From assembly GCA_048013815.1 (NCBI GenBank), contig CM106585.1, positions 23,870,001-23,934,000 of the forward strand: 64,000 nucleotides of DNA, written 5' to 3'. The notes beneath the pieces are model-generated. The model made no database searches. It worked only from the letters and a program-made list of their open reading frames with translations, and was not told the origin of the DNA. Within the stretch, counting starts at the first letter, position 1. Each line of letters begins with the position of its first letter. The stretch comes from Setoptus koraiensis. Taxonomy: Eukaryota; Animalia; Arthropoda. This document shows, one piece after another, positions 35,403 to 50,800 of the stretch. Made by a program: the position numbers and the translations under genes.

Positions 35403-38400
35403 AGTCTATTGTGTGTAAGGTGAGTGTATTTTGGAGTATCTCTACGCGAGTCTAAAGTAGTCAACCCATTCCTGGAATTGAACCTGTCTGTCATAGAGCG
35501 ATGCTTATATGCCGGCCCAAACTTAGTCATAGTCTTTTCACATACCGCGATCATCTATCATTATCGTTCTCTAGATCATCGTAGATGATATAGAAAAATC
35601 ATATGACTTTGCCACAATTGCTGTAAGATACACACCGAGTCACAAAAGAAAGTGAATCAGAAAATTCATTATGGTCGATATATATACTATTCTATGATTA
35701 GTCGATACATGTATGATTATTATATTATTATTATATGGCGTGCTCTTCATCACTGTGTATCTGGGAGTCTTTCGACTAAGGCAAGCTGAAATAACAATCA
35801 GAATGATCACGAGAGTATCAATAGATTTATTTGTTTGCATAAAGCTAGAAAGACATTCGGCTGTCATCTAGTCGTAGAAATGACGTCAATATCGTCACGA
35901 GCTTTATTGACTAATGACTTGTTATTGATAGTGAACTTGTTTGTCATAAGGGTGAGGCTCAAATAATATATAATTGCTATATAGTTTAGCGATGGTCGAT
36001 TGCAATCAGTTTCTGTTTAGTTTGAATTGATTTCTAGAGAGAAAGTAAAGAAAAATTGAACTCTTCGTGAATAGAAACGTGGTGGTTGGTGGAATCCGTA
36101 AAAAGGGATAGCGGACGAAAATCTGAAAGACTTCTGTCAGGAAAGAACTACTCCGAAAAAGTGTGATACAAGCTCACTGATAATAGAGTCAACAAAGATG
36201 TGAACTGATATATATCAGCTAGTATCCACTCAATAGATTGACAATTTTAATAGGCCAACAAATCGGTCGTCATGCCTGGTTAGGTCGCTACTTTCAATCG
36301 TAGTTCGCTTGAGTAGATTCTAAAAAGAAGTGCCCATCTAATTTTCATTCAGGTGCTCACGTTCTCTGCGTATGTAAATCGTTTTATAATGTTACAACTT
36401 TCCTCACAAGGGGAGAATCCCGAATCGTTGCAGTGAGCACGAAATTGGAAATCCATCGGAATAGTTACACCCTTTAGGTTCGAACTGCTCACTGATTTTT
36501 GAAGGTTTGAATGAAGCTGAAAAAACGTGAATTATGAGTCATATTATAATCATCGTAATCAATGATGTGAAGTTACCTCCTTAAAAATGAAATTAATTTT
36601 AATCTGATTGCTTTGTTAGCTCATAAACTTTTGAAACTCTATCAAATGATGTAGGTACCCAGTTCGCTTTTGATGCTCTTTACTCACGTGGTTCTTCAAT
36701 GTACTGAAAATATAATTTCGAGTATGCCATTTTTCTGATTCTAGACCCATCTAATTTGATCCAAGCATCGTCACAATTAGGCAAACAGTAATGATTGATG
36801 ATGCGCGTATCATTATAAATTAGTGCATTAAACTAATGATTCATACGCTACCACTGATATTAATTTGTTTTGCGTTACTCTCAAATAACTTTACTGCTAC
36901 TTCATACTGTAAATAGCAAGAGACAGACATAAGGACAAAGAAATATTCGCAAATATACGACACAACCAACTACCAAATTGTTTTTATCTAACGGTCGCTA
37001 TGACCTTCAACGAACATTATAAACATTATCCTCTCATGCGTGGTTTCCTACACTTTTCCTAGAGTATAATACTTGCATTGGCTCCAATCTCGAACCAAGT
37101 GGCTAGACGAAAACAAAATCGATATATTTAGAGCAAATGGGTGGTGCAGCGCTTGATAGATGCATGCTTAGCGCAGACGATCATTATTGCAATATCTAAT
37201 GGATAGATACACTAGCATCAGTGTGATTTTCTTTGTATAATGGTTAGTTGGACAGGAGCCGTTGAACGGTGTCCATAGTCGCAATATTGAAACAAATATA
37301 TTCCAAGTGTGGCCGATGGATAATAGAAACTACCTTCTTTGTGTGTCTGTGTGGGTTTCCCGCTGGGCACATATGGTCAAATCAAATAAACTGAAACTCT
37401 TTCTCTAAGCTAGTGTCAGTCATTGAATTCACCTTGAGATAGATTTACCTTTCATGCAAAACAGCAGAAATGTGCTCAGCATCATCACGATTCCAATCTT
37501 TCTTGCATCTTTCTGCTACATAAATATCAATGACAATTGGCCATCCCAACAGTCATTGTATCGGTAATAGTGAAAAACAGTGTAGAAACGAACTGTGACA
37601 ATCTTGCATATTTGCATAATAGCCTGAGACAACTAAATCGGTTTTCAACAGAATTTCGGCCTGCGACAAAACTCCGGAAAATTGCTCGCGGGCTTATAAG
37701 ATACTGATGATAATCTTTCTGTGCAGTGACATTAACAGAAAAACAGAATTTTTCTGCTCCAAAAATAGATTTTTGAGCTTTTGGGCCCACCTTCGACATG
37801 ATAAAAATATTGAGCCAAATACAGAAAATTGGCTTTGGTGAAAGAGATTTTTTCCAATCTTATGAAGCGATCTCAAGGACACTGTCGGCGCTAGGAATAG
37901 CTCTGACGATAATAATAAGCATACATAACATGCCTAAGGAGAAGACCGAGGCTTGAGCTAATAACCGTCTCGGAGTTGCAGCGTGTAGGATTGAGCAGTA
38001 ATCCTGCAGCGTTTGAGTTCTTTATCGAGTTCATGAAAGACTACATAATGTCAGCCCTGGCAAGTTTTTTATGTGTGTGTGTGTGTGTTCTAGCAAGGCG
38101 ATTATCTTGACCATCTTTGAGTTGTGCCCATGGCGAGATGCAATTGAAACATGCAAGTCCACCAGACGTTTATGACGAGATAAAACATAGCCACTGGCAT
38201 TGCGATTCGCTGTCGCTTTTTGCGTCTACGCGCTGACTGGCCAAACATTAATGAAGAAAACGGACCTCAATCATTCTGGTCACGATGTGTGTGTGTGTGT
38301 TGACCAAAGCCGCTAGATTGTGACAGCATTTGATCTAGCGGCGATAATCAGTTGGTCAACATGGCTAGATAAGTGTTTGTGTTATACGGGCGGCATGTCA

Positions 38401-38745
38401 CAGCTTATCTTTAATTTTGGTTGTGGCTAAACAGACCATATGATGATATATTATCGCGCCAGAAATATCGGCCATTGTGTAATTGTATTGCATATTTAGA
38501 CGTCATCGAGCTTTATCAAGTCATGCGAACAGTGATCTGTACATGCAGTTTCGCACATACACGTATATTTTGGTGCTGGGCATCGCAATAATTGTGCTAT
38601 TGTGTCACACCTGACTGTGTCTCGGTTGGCTGATCTTAATATATATTTATACATGTTGAGAATGTGAAATGCGCCTCGGAGCCATCGGGATTTGTGTGAA
38701 GCCACCAATTGTGATATTCTCTCCTCTCTTTTTTTTTTCTCATAT

Positions 38746-38820
38746 AGCATCCACGAGAACAGCGTCCACGAGAACTGCATCCACGAGAGCAACATTCATG
38801 ATAATAGCGTCCACGAGAGG
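38746..38820. repeat. 15-bp tandem repeat (AGC(A/G)TCCACGAGAAC) x5
   Basis: Units start at 38746, 38761, 38776, 38791 (degenerate) and 38806. Confidence 0.9.
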
Positions 38821-41800
38821 AACAAAGGCAAAGAAATGTTGGTTGTGATGCGGCGTGTATGCTCACACAGCTCACGCCACACTCAAGCCAGAGGCCCCTG
38901 GCACAGTGGCCTATATTGGGCCAGTGTGCTAGTGCCACCATTACACTATGGGCCATTAGATGGCTTGAGACGGCCTGGGACGGCTCGAGATGGCGACAGT
39001 TCATGAACTCGAGCCAGTTTATGAACTGGCTTATGCATAGTGGGCCAAACGAACTGGGTGGCGATTGAAATTTGCAGCAAAGTATAAACCACAAGCTTGC
39101 AGTTTGTGTGTGTTGTTTTCGTGCAAGATGAAACAATACGCGTCTGTGTGTTGCGTTGTATAATCTCCACTGCTCAATTGATTTAAATTTTTCCCATCTA
39201 TTCAGTGTAGGTCCGATTGGTAGCGAGATAATGGCCACTGCAAATTGCGAAGCTTGATGCTATCACTACCGGATAATGGTTTCATTCTCGTCTATCGATT
39301 TTCTCTTGGGGCCTCGCATGGGGCTTGCGAGTATCACGGAAAGCTGCAGCTAGACAAATAAGACAATTGCTAGCAGCACCAGCATGGGGGAAATATTTCC
39401 CTGTTGTTGTTGTGTTTCACTGGAAATCTAGTGTATCCATTAGTGTATTTAGCGTCTTTTTAGAACGTCCAAAGTGATTGTGCAATGAGCGGGGCCCAGG
39501 TGTATATGTGTGTGTGCGTTGCAAAATGTTTTGCAAAACAAAACAAACAATGCGACTATGGCGACAATGCAACCGGCCAATCGTGAACTGAAAATATTGT
39601 TCTAGCACAATGAGAATAAATCAGTGCATAACGTTTAATAACAAAATGCAACTAGCTGAATCGCTGACTCGTGAGGGCCTTCTGATGGCTGTTTAGGCCT
39701 GTTTATAGCTGTTTATAGCTAGTTTATACCATAAAGTTGCTAGTTGCCCCTGTAGTGGCTGTTTTGTGTCAACCGGCAGTAACAAACTCATCATGTGACT
39801 TGAGACTTGCGCTTCATTTGTGCATATTTGCAAGTGAGTTGTCGGCTGCTCACTCACGCACTTGTACGGCAACTTGTGCAGCAAGTATGGCTGCATAACT
39901 ATGCAGATTGCAGGCTCACTCGTACACTGTGTACGGGACTGACAACTTGTGAGGCTCATGGCTGTACATGTAGCCTACATGATGTAGACTCATAGGTTAT
40001 AGTGAGTATATGCAGCATTGGCTGGCTGGCGTGCAGATATGAGGCTATCATTAGCGGCTGATTTTAGTTGGCGCACTGGGTCATAGGTGGTGAGCCAGAA
40101 GCTGACCCTGCCAACACCTATCGCAGTGTTTGTTTAATTAAATACAACGATCGTAACCGATATTTTGGGCCCGTTGCATTGTCTCGACAGATAAATTGTG
40201 TGTGTTGTGGGCCGTGTTAATGAATTGAACGCATCGCTTCATTTAGTCGTTTGTTTGTTTTTGCGAATCGCGCAGCACAATGGCCGCCACTCTCGCATAC
40301 TCATGCAACATGCAGCATGAGTATATTTATAGCTCCATCGTACAGTAGATTGTATACAGTATTGTATGCAGTAGAGAGTATAATATCCGTATCAGTGGCG
40401 GGCCCACTAGTGACCAAAGCGACTAGTGATGCCCCAATCGCTGGCCCCGAATAAAAGTGCAAAAGTTGGCCGCTGGTGATGAGCGCTAACACACATTGTT
40501 CATTAGTGCTACACATCACAAGTAGTGCACAGATTTTGCAACTCGTTTGCGATTCCCTGGTGCTGGTTGAGTCAAGTCGCCAATACCAACGCAATGGCAG
40601 CGTGTTTGACTCCATTTGAGGCATGTTTTGCAGTTGTACAGTTGTATAAGACTGCGCTCTAGTCACCAGAGATGGCGCACTATTGTACACGTAACACGTT
40701 AATAGTACATTCATACGGGACAACAACTCAAGTGGAGTAACATTTGACTATTTGAACATCGCCAGTCACTGGCGGCCAGTGTTTGCATAGAAACGGGACA
40801 GAAACGATGGAATTGCATGTATTGTGCGAGCTGTGAAAATGTGTTTGCAGTTGAGCATTTGGCCAAAAAAAGAGCCTCACAAGTTGTGAGTCACAACAGG
40901 CGGTTTGTTTTGTATCATACAAATTGTATGTGTGTTTGGCACAGTTTGTGTTTGAGTGAGCCAACACGCACAAGCCGGCAGGCACGCACCGTTGATGGGA
41001 TCGTAAATACCCTGTAAATATAGTGAATATTAGACAGCCAGTGCAAGTTTGTAACAAGTCGTCATATTTCGCATAGTCGCTACAAGTTGGTGCAATCTGG
41101 CATCGCCAGTTGAATCGAATAGGGTTAATCTGCGTACAGAGGCGCTTGTTTGTCGGTAACGAGTTTACTTAAGCAAAGTTTCGCACATCCAATGCGAACG
41201 ATTATAATAATTATCCAACGCAATGCAACAACAACTCGCTAAATGCTGTCGATCAGTTTATTTTTGTTTGTGTCCATTTTTGTGTCTGTGTTGTTGTGCC
41301 ACTATGTACTCACTACACAGTAATATACACATACACTGGTATGTTAATCCAAACAGTGTTATTAGTTGTAACGGCCTAAACAATAACGCACTTCCACTCA
41401 CTGCTAACAATGGCAAACGACCTAGACAGAGTGGCATTGTTTGGTGCACGATTGCTGCTTGGTACGAGTGACTGTGCGAGTGAGACAACGATGACGACTG
41501 CGGACACAAGCCAACTTTGACATGCCAATATGGCCAAGACAAGATAGAATGATTAGTGTTGCCGTTATAAGTGCTGTCATGTGGAACAACATCATGTCAT
41601 GATTAACAACCATTCGTTTATTTGCTCGCACTAACATTATTCACTGGCAACACCGACAATAATACAATAATACATGCAACTGACCGCTTGCAGCTACGCT
41701 CACAATCCCTCACAATGCGCCCACAAGCCACCGTTATGCAACTCGCTGCCACGAGCTACAAATGGACGAGAAATGCACGCAACTGCCGGCACGGCAAGCT

Positions 41801-44800
41801 ATACATAATCAGCGGCCAACTATATGCTCTGTCTATGTGTACTCAACTCCGATGGCTAGCGATGACAACAGTATCAACTGCACCATAACTAGACTGCATC
41901 TCCACTGTATACATTTCAGCGATTTGCAATCCGCAGTCCGCACTCCGCACTCCGGACAAAGCACTAAACGGGCCCCCGCCACTTGCACAGTTTAATGGGC
42001 ACCAAAATCTAATGATGCAGATACGTCGCATACATTCGCAAATTTATCTCTTGTGTGCCAAAGCCATTATGCCATTATGTGTGTGTGTGTTCATGGTAAT
42101 CATAATCAAACACACGCCACTAGCTCCACGAGACCAATTATTATTTTTCTATTGATCATATAAGCTCGCGTCCATGTTCCAATGTCTTGATATAAACACA
42201 TTTACTCTATTATCTATTCAGTTTGTGTATCACATTTCAAAAACATTGCCACCGAAAGAGATGCATTTTATCACAAGCAACACTCATGCTCTTACACTGT
42301 GCCAACTATATACCAACCATGAGCTCGACAATGCGTTCCACTTCAATCATAGGTACTGGCCGCTGCTTTATGATGATCACCAAGACACAAAAATGGCCTC
42401 TATAAATGCTCTAGACGCTTGCACAGATGATGTCATGCTGGGCCCAATGACTTGCAGTGTGCAGCGTGAATAGAATGCACAATTATTATTGAAAACAGTA
42501 GCACTAACATGTTTGCCACATTAGATTGTAATTTGTACCATAGTGGTTGGTCATTAATGTCACAGCACCCAACCACTAGCCTCCATAGACCACAAGCATA
42601 GATTGACTGACAGCCTGCTAGCTGTGCCCCCGAATCTATCACACCACCACTGGCTAATCATTAAGTTAATTATCCAGAGGTACACTTGCATAACTATATG
42701 CCAGGCCCATGAGAGCAACTCGCTCAATATGAGGCGCGCACAGTAGCCATCAAGACCTTCATCTCTGTGCAATGTTAGTGCTCTGTGCAATATAAGTCAC
42801 CACTCTCGGGCCAATCACTCCGGTTGAAACAGTTTTTTTCCCCTCTCTCTCTCTCTTGTAGAACCAACTTTGTGTAGGCGACTACATAAAAAGCTACAAA
42901 TGTGCGGTTAATATCGGCCGACCTATTTCACAATGGGGCCCTGGCGGAGGCTTGCGAGATCCATATCTACATAATGAATATGTTCACTGCGTAGGCCCAC
43001 ATCGCCGATGGGCCAGCGCTCGAAAAGTTTGGCGAGAGTCGCCAGCAGTGTTTAATGATCGTGCAAAAAGCAAAAAAATAATAGATCAAAAAAAGATCAG
43101 CAGTCCGAGAAGAGAAGAGATCAGATCGGATCGGATGACTTGAAAGCGAACTGATTTCTTGAGATTTTATATTCTGTCACACAAACATTAGAGTTAGAAT
43201 TTTGATAGTCACTGAACTGGGAACACTCCAAATGCCACAAGGAAAATAGGATCGTTATACATTCACGAGAGAGTCCCTCATCTTTTGGTATTTTACTGAA
43301 CGGATGAGAGGAAAAAAAACGACGATTCCCCTCGGTCCAACAACTTTTTGACGCTTGGCCACGCTCACACACGATCATCAGTACATTTTGCATGAATACA
43401 ATGATATAGCGAGCCCCAAGCATTTTACCATTTTTCGTCGACACAAGTAGTGTGGTGAAAGTATTACACGACTAGTCTGAACGGTGCTGGCGACAATACT
43501 GTCTAGACTTTTTACTATTTGTCATAAAGTTGCCTGTTTTATAGCTGGGCAAATATTTTCCTCCATATATGCCCAATGTTTATGGGTGCAAGCACGTCTG
43601 CCCGACATGCAAAATCTCGGCGAACGATATCTCGACGTGTGAGATCTCGACGGTTAAATGTCTCGAAAGTAAAATATCCCGACAGTGCAGTAACTTGACA
43701 TATTGCCATGTATTTAATTGATACCATGTTTTTGTTCATCTGGCTCTCGATCATCACCGGTTAGAGTGCCCATGTTGTACGCTTAACTTGTCGAGAAATC
43801 TGAATCTCTCCTCTTTTGGTGAGATAGCTCTATCCGAGCGAAGAAATAATCCGGCTGGCAATCTCTCAATCAAATTCGCAGTCGTATGTTGGCCAACTCT
43901 GGACAGTCTAATGCATCCAATATGGTTGCTGCCTGCAAGAGAAGCGAATCTGAATCCGATGCTGAATATTGATATCAGCACGTGCCAGAGTCACAAGCGA
44001 CCGATAAGCGAGTACCACCATGACAGTTTTTGTTTCGTGCACCAAAGCGGACGTGTGACACCGAGAGCGTACATTGCGCTGACGGCTATATCATGTGAAT
44101 AGGATTTTGTTTGAGTTGAGCAATATGGCATCAACCTAATTCCCTCATGCATATGCACGAACGAGGGATTGTATTCGCGGAAGTTATGAGAAATTCTCAT
44201 GAAGCGACTCACACCTTCCACCCCCTAATTAGTTTGTGTATAAATCGCATTTATTAGCGATTCAAGCCGCCGCTTGATGACCCACACACCTAATTGTGAC
44301 AGCATACGATAAATCTTGACGTCTTCCACTACTAACTCTACATATAATGTAATATTAATACAGAGACGAAGAGACAAATGTCAGTCCTACTTTCACAACT
44401 TCGTGGTTTTGTGTACAACTGTACATATGATTATTATGTAATGTTGCTAGCATAAAATGCACTACATTAGGTACGCGTTCGGTGTGGGCCTTATGTGGAT
44501 TATAGCAGACTCCTAACCCATCTGAGTGTGGCAGCTATTTTGATATATCAGGTCTTATGGCGAATAGGTTATATTGGCTTTTATTGAATGTTTTGGTTGG
44601 GTTAGAGCCAACAACTAGTGAGCAAAAGTTGCTTAGAGTATTAACTTGTTACAAACGATGAGGATAAGAGTTGTTTTGGTATGTGGCATCGATGAACCGA
44701 GTTTGTTATTTTCGACTTGAACCTCAAAAGACAATCAATATAAGACAATCATTGCTGGCACTTTAGTGCAAACAAATAATAATATATGTGCCAACAAATA

Positions 44801-47800
44801 GTGAGTCAAATAAATAAACAAGTGTTGCTTATGGTATACGTTGAATCTAGATCTCTCGTATGATTGATAACAAGGAATTCAGTTGCCTTATTGAGGCCGC
44901 TGAGTTGATAATTTCCTTGGGGAGCTGAGTGTACTGCAGTTGAACTGCTGTGCACATTTGTGACCACTTCGAACTGAGGATATAGAGTGACTATTAATAT
45001 ATAAATAGATACATGAGAACATTGGTGGTGACTAGTATGCTCTATTTTAGCTTCAATTTGTGTGACAGTCGAAATGTCCACTACATAGAATTATTGCTTC
45101 GATGAGACGACATTAAACGGCGAAATGTCCAGCAAATTAGGCACTTATATATCAACATTATCATTAAGGACCATACATTTGCTGATAGCTCCACAAATGA
45201 TGAGTACAAAGTTTCTCTAGTCGAACGGCCGAACATCACAAACTGAATAGAATACTATGCTCAAAGAGAATGCATTGAATGAAATACTAGCGATGAAAAG
45301 AGAAACAAAAGATAATCAAGTTAATTTAGCCTTGAAAGACGTATTTAGTTTCGTACTTCATACAATCGATTTGTGAGTTGGTACAAATGGAGGCAAGCAG
45401 AAACCATTGACAAGACTATAGAGAAAATTTGTGGCAATCAATCTCGATCGTTATGTTTATTGCACAAAACTAACCACTCTAGAATAATAACAATAATCGA
45501 GTCGCAAAAAAGACTAACTTACTGTTTGCACCATTAGGTGACCAGGACAATTAAGCGTCCAATGCCAGTGGCCGTTTACAAAACAGTGACTTGTCGGACT
45601 ATATTATTAGTGGGGCGGCCCAACTTGGGCGCAATAGAAAGGGCCTCCAATTCAAAGATGATCCAATCTAACAATCTCATATCCGCTTACATCAGATTAT
45701 CGGACAAACTCAATGGACCCAGATTTTATTTATGACTTCAGTCCCTCTTGCCTCCATTGTCTTATATGACAATGTTATGTAACTTATTGTGTTATTAGAT
45801 AAAAACGATGTGCCTTCAGGTAGGTTCGGATGGGCAATAATACGGTTTGCTCAGTGTCAGTATTTCGATAGAAATTAGCAGATGCCGACCTTCTCTCCAC
45901 TCGTCTGGCCACGGGCGCACCATCGAGTTGATTGGTTGCTACTATATAAGCAGCTCATGAGCAGCCAGACAATATCATTGGGGCACCTACGCTGGTAATG
46001 ATACCCACCAGACACCAATGAACGCAATTGCCATTATCAGGTAAACTGCGCCAGGAGCTACATGCAGTTTTATTGATTGTAAACTGGCTTGCATTATTAA
46101 AGTCGTTTGCATCCAGATTGTACCTTGGGTACACTTGAACAATTACACCCGTTCTGTTGCATCGATAGAAAGGCTCACAATGGGGTACAAGGCAGAATTA
46201 AGCCTCTCAATCGATTGAACTGATGATAATGCGCCTCATCAATTGAATTTTCCTAATTGCTTTTAGACAACTTCTAGCTACAAAATTTTAGCTCTTACGA
46301 TTCTTACATCGGATTCTTTTGCAAGTGAATTCAACCTTTCGAACAAGTGAGATTTGGTTGTCTAGACAACATGTTATCGATGAACCCACATGGATGAAAA
46401 CAGTCGAAGTTGCAATGAAATTTTCATCATCGAATGCGAAACAAAGATCTGAAACAGAAACATTTCACGACATGATCAGAAGGTGACGAGTTGCGTCGTG
46501 AGCATTGGCTACCGACTCGAGCGGATTACTCGGGATACCCGCCTCTCAAAATCTAAGGTCCAACACTAGGTCTTAGCCGTTACACAGTGCATCCAGATAA
46601 TGACTTGATGGTTTGACAGAACAGTTTCAATCAGTACGCAATCTAACGGCCAACGCAACTGGCTGTAATGGTTTGGATGCAAGCATAGTGAGCCATTTGT
46701 TTGGTTACTGGTTGGTGTATCACTGCTGCGATATTTTCCTTTGTTGCCTGTCAGCATTTCGGTTGTTTGTCCCTGAAGAACATGTACACTTTCTTTGGTA
46801 TTTGTATTGTAATAGTCGGACGAAATTGCATTTTTGCCCAGCCCAGAAATAAGAGTATTTTCTGTTGATCCGGAAGAGGTTAATCCCGTTTCCTCTTTTT
46901 TTTTAATCAGACTCTGCCAGCGTAACAGTGGCTATAGTTCAGATTTCATCGTGAAATATAAAACTATGCTCGTCTGTGTTGATCTGTGTGTCTGTATCTG
47001 GATATGCTCACGTTCGCCCAGCTCGTGAGCTTCTTTGGGCTGGATATTTCTTAACTGATATTACATCAACAATATCAATTTGTGCTGTTCATTGCATACC
47101 TTTTACGCTTTAGATTGAGAGTAGACAAGAAAGGGACAAGCTGCCTGCAAGTGCATACTGGAGAGCTACAATTATGGTAGATTATGGTGAACAAATAGAC
47201 ACAACCGCCAATCAATTTATCTATGGACAGTTGGAATATTGCAGAAAAAGGATAGGAAAAATATTGCCAAACAGGAGAGGTTTGATTGTAGAGAAATCTT
47301 TTGTGCGACTTGTTCTCTTTCACACAATAACAATACCGCCAGGCTAATGGTTATTGGGCATCGTTAGAGGTCGATGAAATACGAGAATGAAAATAGCCCC
47401 AATCGCTATAGAAATTTGGGATAACGTCCAGCGAATACACGTGCTATTTGCTATTTTGTCTAACAAAAGGACAGAGCACGTATCGAATGGGTTCCAATGG
47501 TAACTACATGATAGTGGGACCATTGTGAATAGACGCCGCGAGTGTGACATAACAATAAAGGAAATTACAAAAGCCACAGCCAACTGCTGGTTGCCGGTTG
47601 CAACCTGTAATGGTCCTCAAAAATTGATCTACATGCACTGTGGTGGCAAAAAATATCTGGATACAGAGTGGCACAAGCAAGAATAAACTGAAGAAAGTGA
47701 AATACCCGCAAATGCTCTTTAGAATGGGAAAATTACATGTGAAGTGTACGGAGAAAACTTCTTTCGCTCTCATCAACACAAGCAAAAATAACCGAAATGG

Positions 47801-50800
47801 GGGTAATCATTGAATTGCGTACATATAAACCCGTTCGACCAGTATACCGTACATACAACAACTGTGTCTTGGTGTACGTGACAGCAAATGGTTGTGTGTA
47901 CTTGACTCGGCTTCTTTGTTTGACCACTTGCGAGTGAACCATTGGGCAAGACAAAAATGGGAGACAAAAAGTCGCTAACACGATCATCGTCATTCTTTAA
48001 AGTGAGCTCGGCGCAGAGTAAGCGTTGCCACTCAAAAGCTCAAATGTTTAGCCAGATCTAATGTTGCATTCGGCTGGCAAATGGGCCATACATCAGAGCT
48101 GAGCTCATGAGCCGAATACCTCAACTGGTTAGACTGAAATAAATTCAATTTCGGTTTGTGCCCGAGGAATGTGACACGAGCTACTGTTACAGTATAGTAA
48201 CAGTTTCAATTTTGTTGCAGCTTGTTGGCAGTGATGTCACTGTTGAAGTTAAAGTTAAAGAGTGGGTCTGCTTGTCAAAATTGATACGATTAACAGTGTC
48301 GCCACATGAGTGACTGGCTGACCCGGCCAATAGCCGCCAACAGAGCACACATCGACAGGTATGACGTGACATTTGCAGTGAACGCTTGCTACAAAGTGCA
48401 CAAACGACAACTTGTCGACAAGTGACACGTCACTCAAAATGAGGCCAAACTCTAATCAATAGCCAAAATGTACCAAGACTGTATAATGGTCAACAGGATG
48501 GCTCACTCATGGAGCCAATCAGTGATTGATATGTTAAAACGGGGTGTTAACTCTCTACTAATAACCTTTAATTATCTAGTTATTATCCCGGCGCATGGGA
48601 CGTTGGTAATATGGTCAAAGTGGCGATAGTTTACACGCTGTATTCGCGCTTAACACGTGCCTGTGTGATGTACCAAAGTGAAAAAGTTGAAAACAAACTA
48701 ATTCCAGGGAAATTTCTCATCACTTTGTGTTATAAATCCATGGTTGACACAGCGAAAATAATCAATTATTGGACAACTGTGAACTTAATTACTAATTAGC
48801 AGCTTAAGTATACCAACTAACAAGTAAGTAAGTGACGCTGAGCTAACACCAATGCTAGCTAGGTGCAACGAACAAGAGTTAATATCAATTAAATCTAGCG
48901 GCGAGGGGGGAGGGGTCACCTTGTGACGTAACAGAGGAAGAGTAAACATAAAGTTAGTAATGAGTCAGTTGCAACTGAGTCAACACAAGTTTTTGTCGCC
49001 TGCCACTTGTGTGACTTACAGTGAACATGAAAAACTCATACTAGCTACTGGCTAGACACGGAATGGTCATTAATTGGTGACCGTCCAACGAGAGTTAACT
49101 ATCACAGGTCAATATATCAAGATGTCAGTGATGATTCACTTGTAGGTAGCGGCAATGTTGGTTGTTGTTGTTTGTCGCCGTGTGTTTGCAACAGCCTGGC
49201 TTGTTGACGAACTCACTTTCTTCTCAGATTAAGGCAGACGGGTGAGATAGGAACAGAGACAACGCATCTATTGGATTCACTTAGTCTCAACAACGGACAG
49301 CGTGACAGAAAAACAAACATTCAGTTGTTTAGTATGGCGCAACTGTCATCTGGTCGCTTTAGCAAGATCTAGTAATTTAGCTTGACAGTGAGCACACATA
49401 CAGCTCATCCATTAAATTCCAGTCGCTGCTTGGCTGGTCGCTTCTCGCTACTAACAGCCATACCGATAATAATAATAATCTCTGATTGTTGACCCTAAGC
49501 TTACCGAAAGTCCTTATATAGTGCAAGTTACTCCAGCTCGAGTCACCCAAAAGGTACACATGAGATCAAATTAATTACATGCACGGTACAATAGTTGTCA
49601 GATCATATATCATATGTGGCCCAGAAATAGGCTCCATTCCCACATGGCTGCTTCACACTGTATGAATGGCACATAGCAGCAGGCACTAGGGTGTTTATCT
49701 TTTTCGCCACTAGTTGTACCACTATTTGGCAGCCAGTAATGAGCTTCAATTAATTGACTTTTTGCAGAAACCAAGCTCTCCAGATGTAAGCCGATTCTGG
49801 CGAAAAACATTCGATAATTCTCTTGCAAATTGCGCCTCTATGTCTAGTTGTCTCAAATCGTTGCAGCCTTATCGATCTACGGCTGTCTCATGGTGAGCGC
49901 CAAAATGGTTGCAAAGCGGCCCCACAAAGACTGAGTTCTTAATGATGCCTATTCGGCATTCACTCCACTTCACTGCACTTCATTTCACTCCAATCCACTT
50001 GGTCTCACTTCATTTCACTTGGGCCAGACTTGAGCCACCAGACAGCCAGACTGGCGCGTCCTCTGCGTCTAGTGTCTGGCTTCCGTCGGTGAAATAATCT
50101 AGGTCAGTATTTATCTGTTACTTGTGTGCTCGTCAATCTGAATATATTTGCCTGACAATGCTTGTACATCGAATATTATCACCTGTTAGCATGAGTGAGC
50201 GTTGCAAATTAGCATGTTGTTGTTGTTGTTGCTACTATGCCAACAATACCTACAAGAGAAAGAAGAAAAAGAAAAATTTATTTCCCCCCCCCCTTAAGAG
50301 ATTGTCCCTCGGGATGCTAATTTTCTGGCGTCGCCACTTAGCTCGAAACCAGTTTATTTAGCTAACTGCAAATCTGGACCTATCTGGCTGGCCGATCGGG
50401 TTGCCATTCGCACACAGTACGCCAGATAGGCCAGATAAGACAACAACAACAACAACTACAAGCCAATGGTCATCTAAACTTAGATTTACTTTTAATTTCG
50501 ATTCCGGGCACGTGCATAAACAAATTACAAAGTGAGCGCCTCTCTCTCTCTCGCGCGCGCGCTTTCTTGGGTTCGCTCTATATTCAATTTGTGAAACTGC
50601 CGATGGAAATAATCAAATAAGAGTGAGGAAGCTTCAAAATAAAGCCTCAAACCTCAGTTCCTGTATATATCATAGCTCATCTATAATCTATTGAGCCATT
50701 GATTTATTTAGGCGGCCCAGCTTTATATGTTGCGCCGTCAACTGAGATGTTGCAAGCGAAAAGGCCTCAGAGGTAGTCTAGCCATGTGCAAGGTATGCCC

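Noticed and set aside
44453-44476. miR-277-like sequence TAAAATGCACTACATTAGGTACG
   Set aside because: The match is imperfect and there is no complementary arm nearby to form a precursor hairpin.
47255-47285. BED-finger-like SPVWQYF in minus-strand ORF 47075-47323
   Set aside because: The following CxxC and His ligands are not correctly spaced and no transposase core is adjacent; at most a decayed relic.
48052-48061. miR-750-like 5' decamer CCAGATCTAA
   Set aside because: The 3' half does not match and there is no suitable precursor stem.
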